Shown here: positions 42,114-51,049 of the stretch, one piece after another
Layout: each line of letters starts with the position of its first letter
Numbering within the stretch: the stretch's first letter is position 1
Notes under the pieces: model-generated
The model's database searches: none
What the model was told of the DNA's origin: nothing
The model's input: only the letters and a program-made list of their open reading frames with translations
From: Thermoleophilia bacterium
GTDB taxonomy: Bacteria; Actinomycetota; Thermoleophilia; UBA2241
Assembly (NCBI GenBank): GCA_040772045.1
Contig: JAXGYV010000004.1
Span: forward strand, 65,432 to 129,431
Length of the DNA stretch: 64,000 nucleotides
Direction of reading: 5' to 3'
Made by a program: the position numbers and the translations under genes

Positions 42114-42164
42114 GCAAGAGGGGGAGGGGCGAGGACCGCACGGTCATCGCCCCTCCCCCTCTTG
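42114..42164. terminator. strong palindromic hairpin (bidirectional terminator candidate)
   Basis: 19-nt perfect arms GCAAGAGGGGGAGGGGCGA / TCGCCCCTCCCCCTCTTGC with a 14-nt loop. No U-tract. Confidence 0.45.
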
Positions 42165-42218
42165 CAGGTATACTTCCTTAGGATCGGGGGTGCGCGAGGC
42201 TCCTCGCGCTCCATTGAC

Positions 42219-42293
42219 GGGCGATTAGCTCAGGGGAAGAGCACCTGCCTTACAAGCAGGGTGTCGGTGGTTCGATTCCACCATCGCCCACCA
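42219..42293 (+). tRNA. tRNA-Val (anticodon TAC)
   Basis: Cloverleaf read by eye: acceptor GGGCGAT/ATCGCCC, anticodon stem CCTGC/GCAGG with loop CTTACAA, T-arm GGTGG-TTCGATT-CCACC, encoded CCA. Confidence 0.9.
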
Positions 42294-42410
42294 CATCGCC
42301 ATCCGCGAGTTCTCCGGGAGCACTGGCCGGCGGGCCGGCTGCGAAACGACTGCCGTGGGCTGAGGCGTCGACGTCGCCCATGGCGTTCGCGCCCTCCGCT
42401 GGATGTGTGC

Positions 42411-43247
42411 TCACCCCGCCGCCAGGCAGATCACACCGGCGAGCACCGTGCCCGCCGCGGCCAGCTGCATCTGGGTCAGGCGTTCGGTCAGTACCCAGCG
42501 TGCATAACAGGCCGTCACGACGGGCGCGAGGGAGCCGAGCACGCCCACCACGCTGAGGTAGCCGCGTGCGGCGGCCATGGTGAACAGGGTATTCGCCACG
42601 ACCAGGAGGAGGCCCACCGCCGCGAGCAGGGGCACGGCTGATGGGGTGAGCTCTAGGCGGGGACGGCGTGCCGCCAGGTACGCCCCGATAGTACAGGCGG
42701 AGGCGAAACGGGTGGAGAGCACGGCCCAGGAGGGGTTCGCCGCGCCCATGTCCAAGCCGACGAGCATGGCTCCGAAGCCAACGGCCGCGCCGAGCGCGAA
42801 GAGCACGCTGGCGAGACTCGCGGTGCGGCGAGGCCCTCGGCCCTCGGCCCGCGAGATGAGAGCTATGCCCGCGACGGCAAGCGCGATGCCGATGTACTGC
42901 AACACGGCGGGGTGCTCTCCGCGGGCCACACCGACGAGCACGGGCACAGCCGCGCTGGTCGCGATGATCGGAGCCACGATGCTCATAGTACCCATGGCGA
43001 GCGCACGATAGTAGGCCACGATGGCCATGGCGCCGGCGATGCCTCCCAGGCTTGGACCGAGCACCGCGGTCAGCTCGGGCGGCGACTGCGCGTCGAAGAG
43101 CACGAGTATGGCGGCGGCCAGCACAGCCGCTGGCTGGCTTACGGCGTTCACCGACCATACGGAATGGCGACGCGTGTACAGCCCGCCGAGGAAATCCGAG
43201 GACCCCCAGGCAAGGCTCGCGACCAGCGCGAGCAAGGCGGCGAGCAT
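42411..43247 (-). CDS. EamA/DMT superfamily transporter
   Basis: 278 aa, ~10 TM helices, EamA-like repeat pattern. Confidence 0.75.
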   Translation of the reverse strand: MLAALLALVASLAWGSSDFLGGLYTRRHSVWSVNAVSQPAAVLAAAILVLFDAQSPPELTAVLGPSLGGIAGAMAIVAYYRALAMGTMSIVAPIIATSAAVPVLVGVARGEHPAVLQYIGIALAVAGIALISRAEGRGPRRTASLASVLFALGAAVGFGAMLVGLDMGAANPSWAVLSTRFASACTIGAYLAARRPRLELTPSAVPLLAAVGLLLVVANTLFTMAAARGYLSVVGVLGSLAPVVTACYARWVLTERLTQMQLAAAGTVLAGVICLAAG

Positions 43248-43440
43248 GCGGCTCCTTAGGTCGATGGTGGGGTGGAGGGTGCGTCGGCATTCTACGGAGT
43301 GGCGGCGGCGCCCGACAAGCGTGCGTCGTCGCTGGCCTGCGGCGTCTAGACGGCTCGTACGCAGGCAGGAAACCGAGCAGTCTGTGCGAAACCAGTGAGA
43401 CGGTCGGAGAACCGCGAGGCGGACGGGGGGCTGATAGGCG

Positions 43441-44106
43441 GTGTCGCGGGCGAGCGGATCGATCGCGTCGTTGATCGTCCATGAGACGCGCGGGCGTTTC
43501 GCCGCGTTGCAGCCCTACGTAGAATTGCTGCAAGAGGAGAGCATCGGTGCCCTCAACGAGCAGCAGCGCGATTGCGTAGCGGCCATCGCGCGCAACCTCG
43601 ACCGCCTCTTCGGCGGCATCGTCGGCCTTCTGGAGCTGCTGCGGGGTGATCTCGACGGGTTATCCCTGCGCCCGCGGAAGGTCTCCGTCGACGAGGCGTT
43701 GTCGGCGGCCACGGCGCTGCTCCAAGCGCGTGGCCTGCAGGCGCTCACCGTGGGGCCAAAAGAAAGGTTCCCGCCGGTGAGGGCCGACCCGGTGCGCACC
43801 GGCAGCATCGTCGCCGCCCTCTGCCTCCGGGCGGCGGCCGCTAGCGGCGGCGGGGCAACCCTTCGGGTCGTGGCCTGTCCGGTGCAGCCGGACCGTGTCT
43901 GCGTGCTCATCGCCCTGCCCGACTGTCCGCTTCAGTGCGGCATTAGCGGTGACCTCGTGGGCGAGCGGCCGGAGGATGCGGCCCTCGCCTTGATCGCTTG
44001 GCTGATGCGGCGGCAGGGCGGCCGGCTGTGGATGGCGGCCGAAGGGCGCGGCAGTTGTCTGGCGCTCGCCGTGGCCGCGTCCGCGGCAGCCGAGGAGCCT
44101 CGATGA
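43441..44106 (+). CDS. soluble histidine-kinase-like protein (H-box + HATPase-like region, no sensor/TM domain)
   Basis: H-box-like IVHETRGRF followed by a degenerate ATPase-like C-terminal region. Sits immediately upstream of a tandem receiver protein. Confidence 0.45.
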   Translation: MSRASGSIASLIVHETRGRFAALQPYVELLQEESIGALNEQQRDCVAAIARNLDRLFGGIVGLLELLRGDLDGLSLRPRKVSVDEALSAATALLQARGLQALTVGPKERFPPVRADPVRTGSIVAALCLRAAAASGGGATLRVVACPVQPDRVCVLIALPDCPLQCGISGDLVGERPEDAALALIAWLMRRQGGRLWMAAEGRGSCLALAVAASAAAEEPR

Positions 44107-44122
44107 TGAGGCGCCGCAGTCA

Positions 44123-44956
44123 GTGTACCGTGGAGCATGCGCCAACGAGCTCAGCATCGCAGGAAGTGGAGATGTGGGCGGCCCGAAGGTCCTGATCGTC
44201 GACGCGGAAATCGAAGCACGAGCGCGCGCTGTGCAGCCACTGCGCGCCGCTGGTTACACGGTGTTTACCGCGGACGATGCGGTGAGCGCGCAGCGGCTTG
44301 CCATGAGAGAGCAGCCGCACGTGCTGGTCGTCGCTCTCAAGCTGCCGGGTGGCGACGGCTTTCAGGTGATGGAGCGGTTGCACTCAATCCCGGCCACGGC
44401 CGGCACTCCCGTGGTCATCCTGAGTGATGACGATAGCGAGAAGGAGCGCGCGCTGAGCGCCGGCGCGGTCGACTTCCTGGTCAAACCGGCCGATGCCGAG
44501 GCGCTCATCGGCTCGCTCCGCTTCGTGCTCGGCCCTCTGGCGCCGGTACCGGCGGCTGAGCCGGCGGCGCACGATCCATCGAGCAAGACCGTGCTTCTTG
44601 TTGACGATGACGCCGACGTGCGCCTCGCGCTGAGCATGCTCCTGAAGTCACGGGGCTACCGGGTGATCGCGGCGGAAGACGCCATCTCCGCCGTGAGATC
44701 GGCCGTGATCAATAGTCCCGACCTCGTGCTCCTCGACCTCGGCCTTCCGGGCGGCGGGGGCTTTGTAGTTATGCAGCGGCTTCGAGCACTGCCGGCCCTC
44801 GCCGCCGTACCGGTGATCGTGGTCACCGGACGCGACCCTGCCGAGGCCAGGGAGAAGGCGCTGCGGCTGGGCGCTGTCGCCTTCCTGCAGAAGCCCGTCG
44901 ACAGTAGGGCGGTTATGGCGGCCGTGCGCGCCGTCTTCGAGCCGACCGCTTCGTAG
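44123..44956 (+). CDS. response regulator with two tandem receiver (REC) domains, no output domain
   Basis: Two CheY-like domains. The first has an acidic pocket VLIVDAE...D, the second a canonical VLLVDDD...DLGLPGGGG. Conserved phospho-acceptor Asp and Lys positions. Confidence 0.75.
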   Translation: MYRGACANELSIAGSGDVGGPKVLIVDAEIEARARAVQPLRAAGYTVFTADDAVSAQRLAMREQPHVLVVALKLPGGDGFQVMERLHSIPATAGTPVVILSDDDSEKERALSAGAVDFLVKPADAEALIGSLRFVLGPLAPVPAAEPAAHDPSSKTVLLVDDDADVRLALSMLLKSRGYRVIAAEDAISAVRSAVINSPDLVLLDLGLPGGGGFVVMQRLRALPALAAVPVIVVTGRDPAEAREKALRLGAVAFLQKPVDSRAVMAAVRAVFEPTAS

Positions 44957-45075
44957 TGGCTCGCCCCGCCGCCGCCCTCCGTCGTGTCGAGGGTCTGGTT
45001 ACGGGGAGGGCGGCTGCCCGATCAGGTTAGCAATCCGCAGATAGGGGAATCAGGCGACTGGCACGGCGTCGTGCC

Positions 45076-45333
45076 GTGTCTTGTGAAAAGGAAAGGGAGG
45101 TGCCCTCGGTGGCCGAGATCAAGGTCGACTGCAGGGGTGAAACCTGCCCGGTGCCGCTCGTCGAGACGCGCAAGGCGCTTCGCCGGGCCCAGCCAGGCGA
45201 TATCGTCGAGATCGTCGGGACGCACCCGTCTTCTAAGAAAGAGATCCCCATGGCCGTCGAGGCTCTTGGCCTGTCGTTACTGGGTATCGAGGAGCGAGAG
45301 GACGGAGAGTGGACGATAAAGATCAAGCGATGA
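45076..45333 (+). CDS. TusA-like sulfurtransferase
   Basis: CPxP motif (DCRGETCPVP). About 75-85 aa. A possible GTG start at 45109 follows a GGAAAGGGAGG RBS. Confidence 0.75.
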   Translation: MSCEKEREVPSVAEIKVDCRGETCPVPLVETRKALRRAQPGDIVEIVGTHPSSKKEIPMAVEALGLSLLGIEEREDGEWTIKIKR

Positions 45334-45842
45334 AGCGCAGCCAAGCGGCGCCCGACGTGGAGACTGGCGCCGCGGTGGCCGACCGCGATGTCGCGCAGGT
45401 GGAGGGAGAGGCGCACCGGCGCAAGCCGGAGAAGATCACGCTCATCGTCCACAGCGGCGATTTCGACAAGCTGTACAGCGCGTTCATCATCGGCAACGGA
45501 GCGCTCTCCATGGGCATGGAGGCCTCGATGTACTTCACCTTCTGGGGCCTTAGCCGGCTGAGGCGTGGCCGCCTTGCCAGCGGGCCGCTCTCGAAGATGC
45601 ACCTGCTGGGCCTCGGTAAGCTGATGGTGAAACGCCGAATGCGCAAGCAGCGCGTGCGCCCGCTGGAGGAGATGGCACGGGATTTCCGGGAGCTGGGCGG
45701 CAAGATCTTCGCCTGCGATATGACCATGGACATCATGGGGATCAAGGCGGAGCAGCTTCACCAGGAACTCATCGACGAGTACTGCGCCGTGGGCACGTAC
45801 ATCCGCGAGGCGCGCGAGTCGACGGTGACGTTGTTCATCTGA
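45330..45842 (+). CDS. DsrE/DsrF-like family protein
   Basis: DsrE-fold pattern. Start ATG overlaps the tusA-like stop (ATGA). Often paired with TusA. Confidence 0.55.
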   Translation: MKRSQAAPDVETGAAVADRDVAQVEGEAHRRKPEKITLIVHSGDFDKLYSAFIIGNGALSMGMEASMYFTFWGLSRLRRGRLASGPLSKMHLLGLGKLMVKRRMRKQRVRPLEEMARDFRELGGKIFACDMTMDIMGIKAEQLHQELIDEYCAVGTYIREARESTVTLFI

Positions 45843-45908
45843 AGCCGGTGGGGCGCGGCGCGAGGCAGCGCGCCGACGCGCCCACCGGCAGAGCGAAAGG
45901 GAAAGAGC

Positions 45909-47078
45909 GTGTTCGGAGAGACGACCTATCTAGACAACTCCGCCACGACGCGGCTGGACGAGCGGGTCTTAGAGGCGATGAAGCCTTACTTCTTCGAGAC
46001 GTACGCCGTGGCGACGTCGGAGTTCGGCTACTCGCTGGGGATCGAGGCCCGGGAGGCCCTCGACGCGGCCCGCGGCGCCGTGGCACAGCGGATCGGTGCC
46101 GCGGCCGACGAGATCGTCTTCACGTCGGGCAGCACCGAGTCGAGCAACATGGCGCTCAAGGGCGTCGCACTGGCGCTCGGCGAGAAGAAGGGCCGTCACA
46201 TCGTCACCACGGCCATCGAGGACTTCCCGGTGCTCAACACCGCGCGCGCACTAGAACGCCAGGGATTCACGGTGACCTACCTGCCGGTAGACGGAGACGG
46301 CCTGCTGGATGCCGAGGCGGTTCGCGCGGCGATCACGCCGGAGACCATCCTGGTGAGCGTGCAGCACGCCAACCAGGAGATCGGCACGGTGCAGGACGTG
46401 GAGGCTGTGGGGCGCATCGCGCGCGAGCAGGGTGTGGTGTTTCACAGCGACGCGACCCATACCTTCACCAGAGTGCCACTCGACGTTCGGCAGGGCAGCC
46501 CCGATCTGGTGACCTTGAGCGCGCACACCATTCATGGCCCCCGCGGCGTGGGTGCGCTGTACGTGCGCCCGGGGACGCCGCTGAAGAAGTGGATGGACGG
46601 CGGCTTCCAGGAGAGAGATCTTCGCGCCGGCGTGGAAGACGTGCCTGGCGCGGTTGGGTTTGCCGAGGCCGTACGGCTCGTGACGGCCGAGGAGACGGCG
46701 GCGCTGCAAGCTATGCGCGACCGGGTGATCGACCGTCTGCTCGCCGAGGTGCCTCACGTGACCCTCAACGGGCATCGTCGGCGGCGGACGCCGCACAACG
46801 CGAACCTCACCTTCCACTACGTGGAGGGCGAGTCGATCACTCTGCAATTGGACATGCGCGGCTTCGCCGTGAGCACCGGCTCCGCTTGCTTCAGCAAGTC
46901 GCTGGAGGCGAGCCACGTGATCCTGGGCATCGGCGGCGACCACGAACGGGCGCACGGATCGGTGCGCTTCACCTTCGGCCGCTTCAATACCATGGAGGAT
47001 GCGGACCGTGTAGTGGAGTCGATCACGGAAGTCGTCGAACGCTTACGAGCGATTAGCCCCCTGGCTCCGAAGGACTGA
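45909..47078 (+). CDS. cysteine desulfurase (NifS/IscS type)
   Basis: Class V aminotransferase fold, PLP-lysine motif (HTIHGP/SAH-K region), and the catalytic Cys loop STGSACFS. Confidence 0.9.
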   Translation: MFGETTYLDNSATTRLDERVLEAMKPYFFETYAVATSEFGYSLGIEAREALDAARGAVAQRIGAAADEIVFTSGSTESSNMALKGVALALGEKKGRHIVTTAIEDFPVLNTARALERQGFTVTYLPVDGDGLLDAEAVRAAITPETILVSVQHANQEIGTVQDVEAVGRIAREQGVVFHSDATHTFTRVPLDVRQGSPDLVTLSAHTIHGPRGVGALYVRPGTPLKKWMDGGFQERDLRAGVEDVPGAVGFAEAVRLVTAEETAALQAMRDRVIDRLLAEVPHVTLNGHRRRRTPHNANLTFHYVEGESITLQLDMRGFAVSTGSACFSKSLEASHVILGIGGDHERAHGSVRFTFGRFNTMEDADRVVESITEVVERLRAISPLAPKD

Positions 47079-47106
47079 GTTCGGGCGAGGGCGAGAAGGA
47101 GATGCC

Positions 47107-47745
47107 ATGACGAGGTTCCCATACAACGAGACCGTGCTCGAGCACTTCAAGCATCCACACAATGTCGGTGAACTCGAGGATGCGGACGGTAAAGCTGTGG
47201 AGGGAAGTCCAGCCTGTGGCGACATGGTCTCGGTGACCATCAAGGTGAACGCCGAGAGTCGGGTGATCGAAGATATCAAGTTCCAGAGCTACGGGTGCGC
47301 GAGCAACATCGCCACCGGGTCGATCATCACCGACCTCGCCAAGGGTAGGACGATCGATGAGGCGAAGAAGATCACCTGGAAACAGGCCTCGGATGAGCTT
47401 GGAGGCTTGCCGCCGGTGAAGGCCCATTGCTCCGTCCTGGCGGTTGAGGGCCTGCGGGCCGCGGTCAGAGACTACGAGGAGCGCCACGGCCTGGTGACGG
47501 AACGGGTGCCGACCACGGTGGACGTGCTCAAGAAGCGGCTGCGGCACGTGATGGATCCACTCCACGGCCTGGACATCGTGCGTACGGACCTTGTAAAGGA
47601 CGTCACCTTCACGGATGGCGTGGTGCGCATCGTCGTCGATCTGGACGACAGCCATCAGTTCGCGCAGGTCATTCGCACCGACATCAAGGAGAAGATCGAG
47701 CCGCTCTGGGACGTGGAGAGAGTTGAGGTCGAGTTCACCGGCTGA
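47107..47745 (+). CDS. IscU/NifU-type Fe-S scaffold fused to a C-terminal DUF59/MIP18-like domain
   Basis: Three conserved scaffold cysteines (SPACGD, YGCAS, HCS) in the N-terminal ~130 aa. C-terminal ~80 aa resemble the DUF59 Fe-S assembly domain (VMDPLHGLDIVRTDLV...). Confidence 0.75.
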   Translation: MTRFPYNETVLEHFKHPHNVGELEDADGKAVEGSPACGDMVSVTIKVNAESRVIEDIKFQSYGCASNIATGSIITDLAKGRTIDEAKKITWKQASDELGGLPPVKAHCSVLAVEGLRAAVRDYEERHGLVTERVPTTVDVLKKRLRHVMDPLHGLDIVRTDLVKDVTFTDGVVRIVVDLDDSHQFAQVIRTDIKEKIEPLWDVERVEVEFTG

Positions 47746-47810
47746 GCGATCGGCTCTCTCGTCCCGTCGTCGGGTGGCGTCCGTACTTTGGACGCCGGGA
47801 CGTGGAGGTG

Positions 47811-47839
47811 TTTTGCGACCGCGGGCGCGGAGTGCTACA
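47811..47839 (+). promoter_or_regulatory. sigma70-like promoter for tRNA-Asp
   Basis: TTGCGA - 17 nt - TACACT, ending ~40 nt upstream of the tRNA. Confidence 0.4.
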
Positions 47840-47879
47840 CTGCCATCCCGCCGCGCGGGGTATCGCCCCGCTTCTTTGC

Positions 47880-47955
47880 GGGGGCGTAGTTCAGCTGGTT
47901 AGAACGCCGGCCTGTCACGCCGGAGGTCGCGGGTTCGAGTCCCGTCGCTCCCGCC
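47880..47955 (+). tRNA. tRNA-Asp (anticodon GTC)
   Basis: Acceptor GGGGGCG/CGCTCCC, anticodon stem CCGGC/GCCGG with loop CTGTCAC, T-loop TTCGAGT, encoded CCA. Close to the canonical tRNA-Asp sequence. Confidence 0.9.
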
Positions 47956-48275
47956 ACTGTTTCCCGCGGTCATTGGTGCACGCCTACCACGTGGCATGCC
48001 GACCGCCTCCACGTCGATGCCGCTCCTCACGAGGAACCAGGTGGAGAAGATCCACCAGCGTGTCGGCTTGGTTCTGCAAGCGCTCGCTCTCACGCGGGCG
48101 GTAACCATGTACGTATACGCCTATCAGTGTCCCTCTCTGCCTACTAACGCCTGGTGTGTCGACCGTGAGATCCCTGGCTCTGACCTGGCCGCATCGCGTC
48201 TCGCGTGGCGCCGCGTGCGTTGGTTACAGGAGATCCACCAGCAGTGCCTGCGCGTAGCCTGGACTTGTCCGTGGG

Positions 48276-49268
48276 TCACTCTCCAGTGGTCGCCAGGGGA
48301 TACCACGCGAGCACGTACAGAGCGGCCGCCAGGACGAGCAGCACGAGGCCGGCACGAGACAACGTGGTGCGGCCGGTGCCAGCTTGGTCGGTCGTGTTCG
48401 GCCTCGGCCGTGTTCGCAGCGCGACGACCGCGGCGGCCAAGTCGACGCCGACGGCCACCGCCAGCACGCCGAACTTGCTGCCGTGGAAGACTGGGTCCCA
48501 CGCCTGCCCCTGGACTGACCGCACTGCAGCATAGGTTTGCCAGGAGGCGATCGCGACCGCAAGGCAGGCCGCTAGCACCCACAGCCAGCCGGACTCTCGC
48601 CTCCACGCACAGAGGATGGCGCAGATCACGAGCAGGACGGCCGGTCCGAAGAAGACGGCGGCGCCCAGGACATAGTCCAAAACCCGTTGCAGCAGGGGAT
48701 GGCTGAGGGCAAACGACTCGATGGCCTGCGGCACGCCCACGGATTCCATGGGCACGGGTCTTAGGAGCAGCGTGAAGTCGGAGGCGCCCCAGTATTCATC
48801 GCGGTACCAGAAGAGGAACGCGAGGTAGGGGGCGCGCAGCGTACGTCTCTCCCCGTTCGGCTCGAGGCTGAAGTCGCCGTGCATCACGACGAGGTAGACG
48901 CGGTCGGGTGTGCCGCTGTGGAGCTGGTCCCGGCTCTTACCCAAGAGATCCGCCGCACTATCGGCCGAGGTTGCGACGTAGCGCGCCCAATCTACAGGTC
49001 CGTCGCAGTGCTCTCGGGCAGCCGACTCCACGTTATCCACGAGGTGCTCCGGCGCGTCGGCGGCGCGGGCTTGTGTGGGCGGGCCGAGTATGGCGAGGAC
49101 CAACAGCGTTGCTGCCAGCGCGATGACGCGCTGTGCTGTACCGGCGAGGATGAGACGGACAAGACGAGTCGTCGCGCAGCGCACCGGACCATGGTTCCCC
49201 CTGCCATCGGCCCATGTGGGCAACGACTCAGCTATGCCCGTCGCGTATCTCGCTCGCTTGAGTTTCAT
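48276..49268 (-). CDS. hypothetical membrane protein (N-terminal signal/TM, ~150-aa extracytoplasmic domain, C-terminal multi-TM)
   Basis: Complete 330-aa ORF with the predicted topology. No recognisable family. Confidence 0.45.
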   Translation of the reverse strand: MKLKRARYATGIAESLPTWADGRGNHGPVRCATTRLVRLILAGTAQRVIALAATLLVLAILGPPTQARAADAPEHLVDNVESAAREHCDGPVDWARYVATSADSAADLLGKSRDQLHSGTPDRVYLVVMHGDFSLEPNGERRTLRAPYLAFLFWYRDEYWGASDFTLLLRPVPMESVGVPQAIESFALSHPLLQRVLDYVLGAAVFFGPAVLLVICAILCAWRRESGWLWVLAACLAVAIASWQTYAAVRSVQGQAWDPVFHGSKFGVLAVAVGVDLAAAVVALRTRPRPNTTDQAGTGRTTLSRAGLVLLVLAAALYVLAWYPLATTGE

Positions 49269-49316
49269 GTGCTTGGCGACCGGCCCGCGATTGCACAGGT
49301 CATCCTCGCGGTGGCG

Positions 49317-49751
49317 CTACACGCAGTTCCACAGGTACAGATGCCGCCCGGTCGCCGCTGCCGCGCGGGCAAGTCGTACGATGTCTTCGAGGACCTCCTG
49401 CGCGTCGGGCGTATCCCACGGGATCGCGTCCGTCTCCGTCCAGTCTTCGGCGGTACGTGCGAGCGCATCCGGATCGAGGCGAGCGAGCAGCGAGACGAAT
49501 GCCGGAGGGAACCGGTAGATGAGCCGTTCCCCGTCGTCCGCATTGAGGAGGCACTCGAACTCGTTCTCCTGCCACTCCTGCCACGCGTGCCACTCCTGGT
49601 GCCGCATAGCAGCCCACAGCGCGGACAGCTCGAGGGGGGTGATGTTCTTGTACTGCGCGTGCTCTGGCTCAGGCCACGAATCGCTCTCGTCATAGTCCGC
49701 GGCGTCGTCGTCGGTTGAGATGTAAAAATCCGCCAGTAGTCCCATGGACAC
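49317..49751 (-). CDS. hypothetical acidic Trp-rich protein (144 aa)
   Basis: Complete ORF. Strongly acidic N-terminus (DFYISTDDDAADYDESDSWPEPE) and a WHAWQEWQENEFE segment. No recognisable domain. Confidence 0.45.
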   Translation of the reverse strand: MSMGLLADFYISTDDDAADYDESDSWPEPEHAQYKNITPLELSALWAAMRHQEWHAWQEWQENEFECLLNADDGERLIYRFPPAFVSLLARLDPDALARTAEDWTETDAIPWDTPDAQEVLEDIVRLARAAAATGRHLYLWNCV

Positions 49752-49888
49752 CCCCCCTGATGTTGGTACGTAACTGGTGCGGCTGTGGTCTGGCCCAGTC
49801 TACTGCAGACCTCGGACACGCGACACAGGAGCCGCCCCGACGCGTCCGCTCGGCCTGCTTGCGCGACCACGTGTTCGCGCTCGGTACC

Positions 49889-50230
49889 TCACACCATGCC
49901 GTCCAGCAGCGCGGTGGCGAACCACGCGAGGAGGTTGGCGACCAAGACCACGAGCACGGCATCGGGCCAGAAGTAGGCACTCGTCCATTTGTGGATGAGC
50001 ACGAGCGTAACGAGGACCACAACAGCCCACGTGAGAATGTCGACGACGCCTGCGCCCACGGCTCCTAGACGGAAGCTAAGCTGGGAGAGCAGAAGTTGCA
50101 CGGCGTTAGCGGCCATGGCGACCACGAGCATGGCGATGAACGAGCCATCGACGCGGGTGAGCTTCATGCCTCCCCACAGACAGCCGGCCATGAGCAAAGT
50201 GGCGAGGATGAATGCGATGGCCGTCGGCAT
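49889..50230 (-). CDS. hypothetical small membrane protein (113 aa, 3-4 TM)
   Basis: Complete ORF with hydrophobic helices. Confidence 0.4.
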   Translation of the reverse strand: MPTAIAFILATLLMAGCLWGGMKLTRVDGSFIAMLVVAMAANAVQLLLSQLSFRLGAVGAGVVDILTWAVVVLVTLVLIHKWTSAYFWPDAVLVVLVANLLAWFATALLDGMV

Positions 50231-50316
50231 GGTTCCCGACCCCTCGTGCCCCTACCGTCTGCGTGTTGAGCCGCGCGCGCGGCGATCGCGACCGATAGCC
50301 ACAGCACCCTCGTACA

Positions 50317-50781
50317 TCACGGCGAACGTCGTGTCGAGTGGCATCTCGGCTTCCCCTCGTCGAGTGCCTGAATGCGGCGCGCGTGTCGCCCCGCTTCAAA
50401 GGGTGTGCTGAGCCAGAGGTCGACGATGCGCAGGGCGAGGTCTGCGTCGATCATGCGCTCACCCAAGGCGATCATGTTGGCGTCGTTGTGCAGACGCGCC
50501 AGACGAGCCGACTCCTCGCTCCAGCACAGGGCACAACGCACGCCGCGGTGGCGGTTAGCGGCCATCGCCTCGCCGTTGCCCGAACCGCCCAGGACGACGC
50601 CGCGCTCGCACTCGCCGCGGGCCACCGCGATCGCGGCGGGGTGGATGAAGTCGGGATAGTCAACTGGCTCTGTTGAGAAGGTGCCGAAGTCGACGACTTC
50701 GTGTCCAGCGGCGGTGAGGTGCGCCGCGATGAGCGTCTTGTAGGCGTAACCGGCGTGATCTGAAGCGAGCGCTATGCGCAC
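50317..50781 (-). CDS. rpiB: ribose-5-phosphate isomerase B
   Basis: RpiB/LacAB family: N-terminal MRIALASDHAGY and the GSGNGEAMAANRHRGVRCALCWS region. Confidence 0.85.
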   Translation of the reverse strand: MRIALASDHAGYAYKTLIAAHLTAAGHEVVDFGTFSTEPVDYPDFIHPAAIAVARGECERGVVLGGSGNGEAMAANRHRGVRCALCWSEESARLARLHNDANMIALGERMIDADLALRIVDLWLSTPFEAGRHARRIQALDEGKPRCHSTRRSP

Positions 50782-51049
50782 GATGGACTCCCCTCGTCTC
50801 CTGCCGCTCCACTTTATCTATGCGCCGCTGAGTGACGCAGTCGGTCGACGTATTCCGACACCGCTGCGTCTCTGTCGAGCACTGCCCGGAGAAGTGGCCG
50901 CCTACGGCGCCCAAGGCCGCTCGCACTCTACTCCCCTGCGTGGAGTCGGGGAAGGGTGATCCCCCATCACCCGATCGCGAAGGGGAAGATGCGCGGCCCG
51001 TCGAGAACGGCGGCGCTGGCCTGTGCGAGGATACCGGGACGCTTCGGTA

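Noticed and set aside
47956-48275. integrated mobile element / att site at tRNA-Asp 3' end
   Set aside because: No integrase, recombinase, or direct repeat of the tRNA 3' end was found within the window. Only compositional oddity and unknown genes, so it is reported as a finding of moderate interest, not as a mobile element feature.
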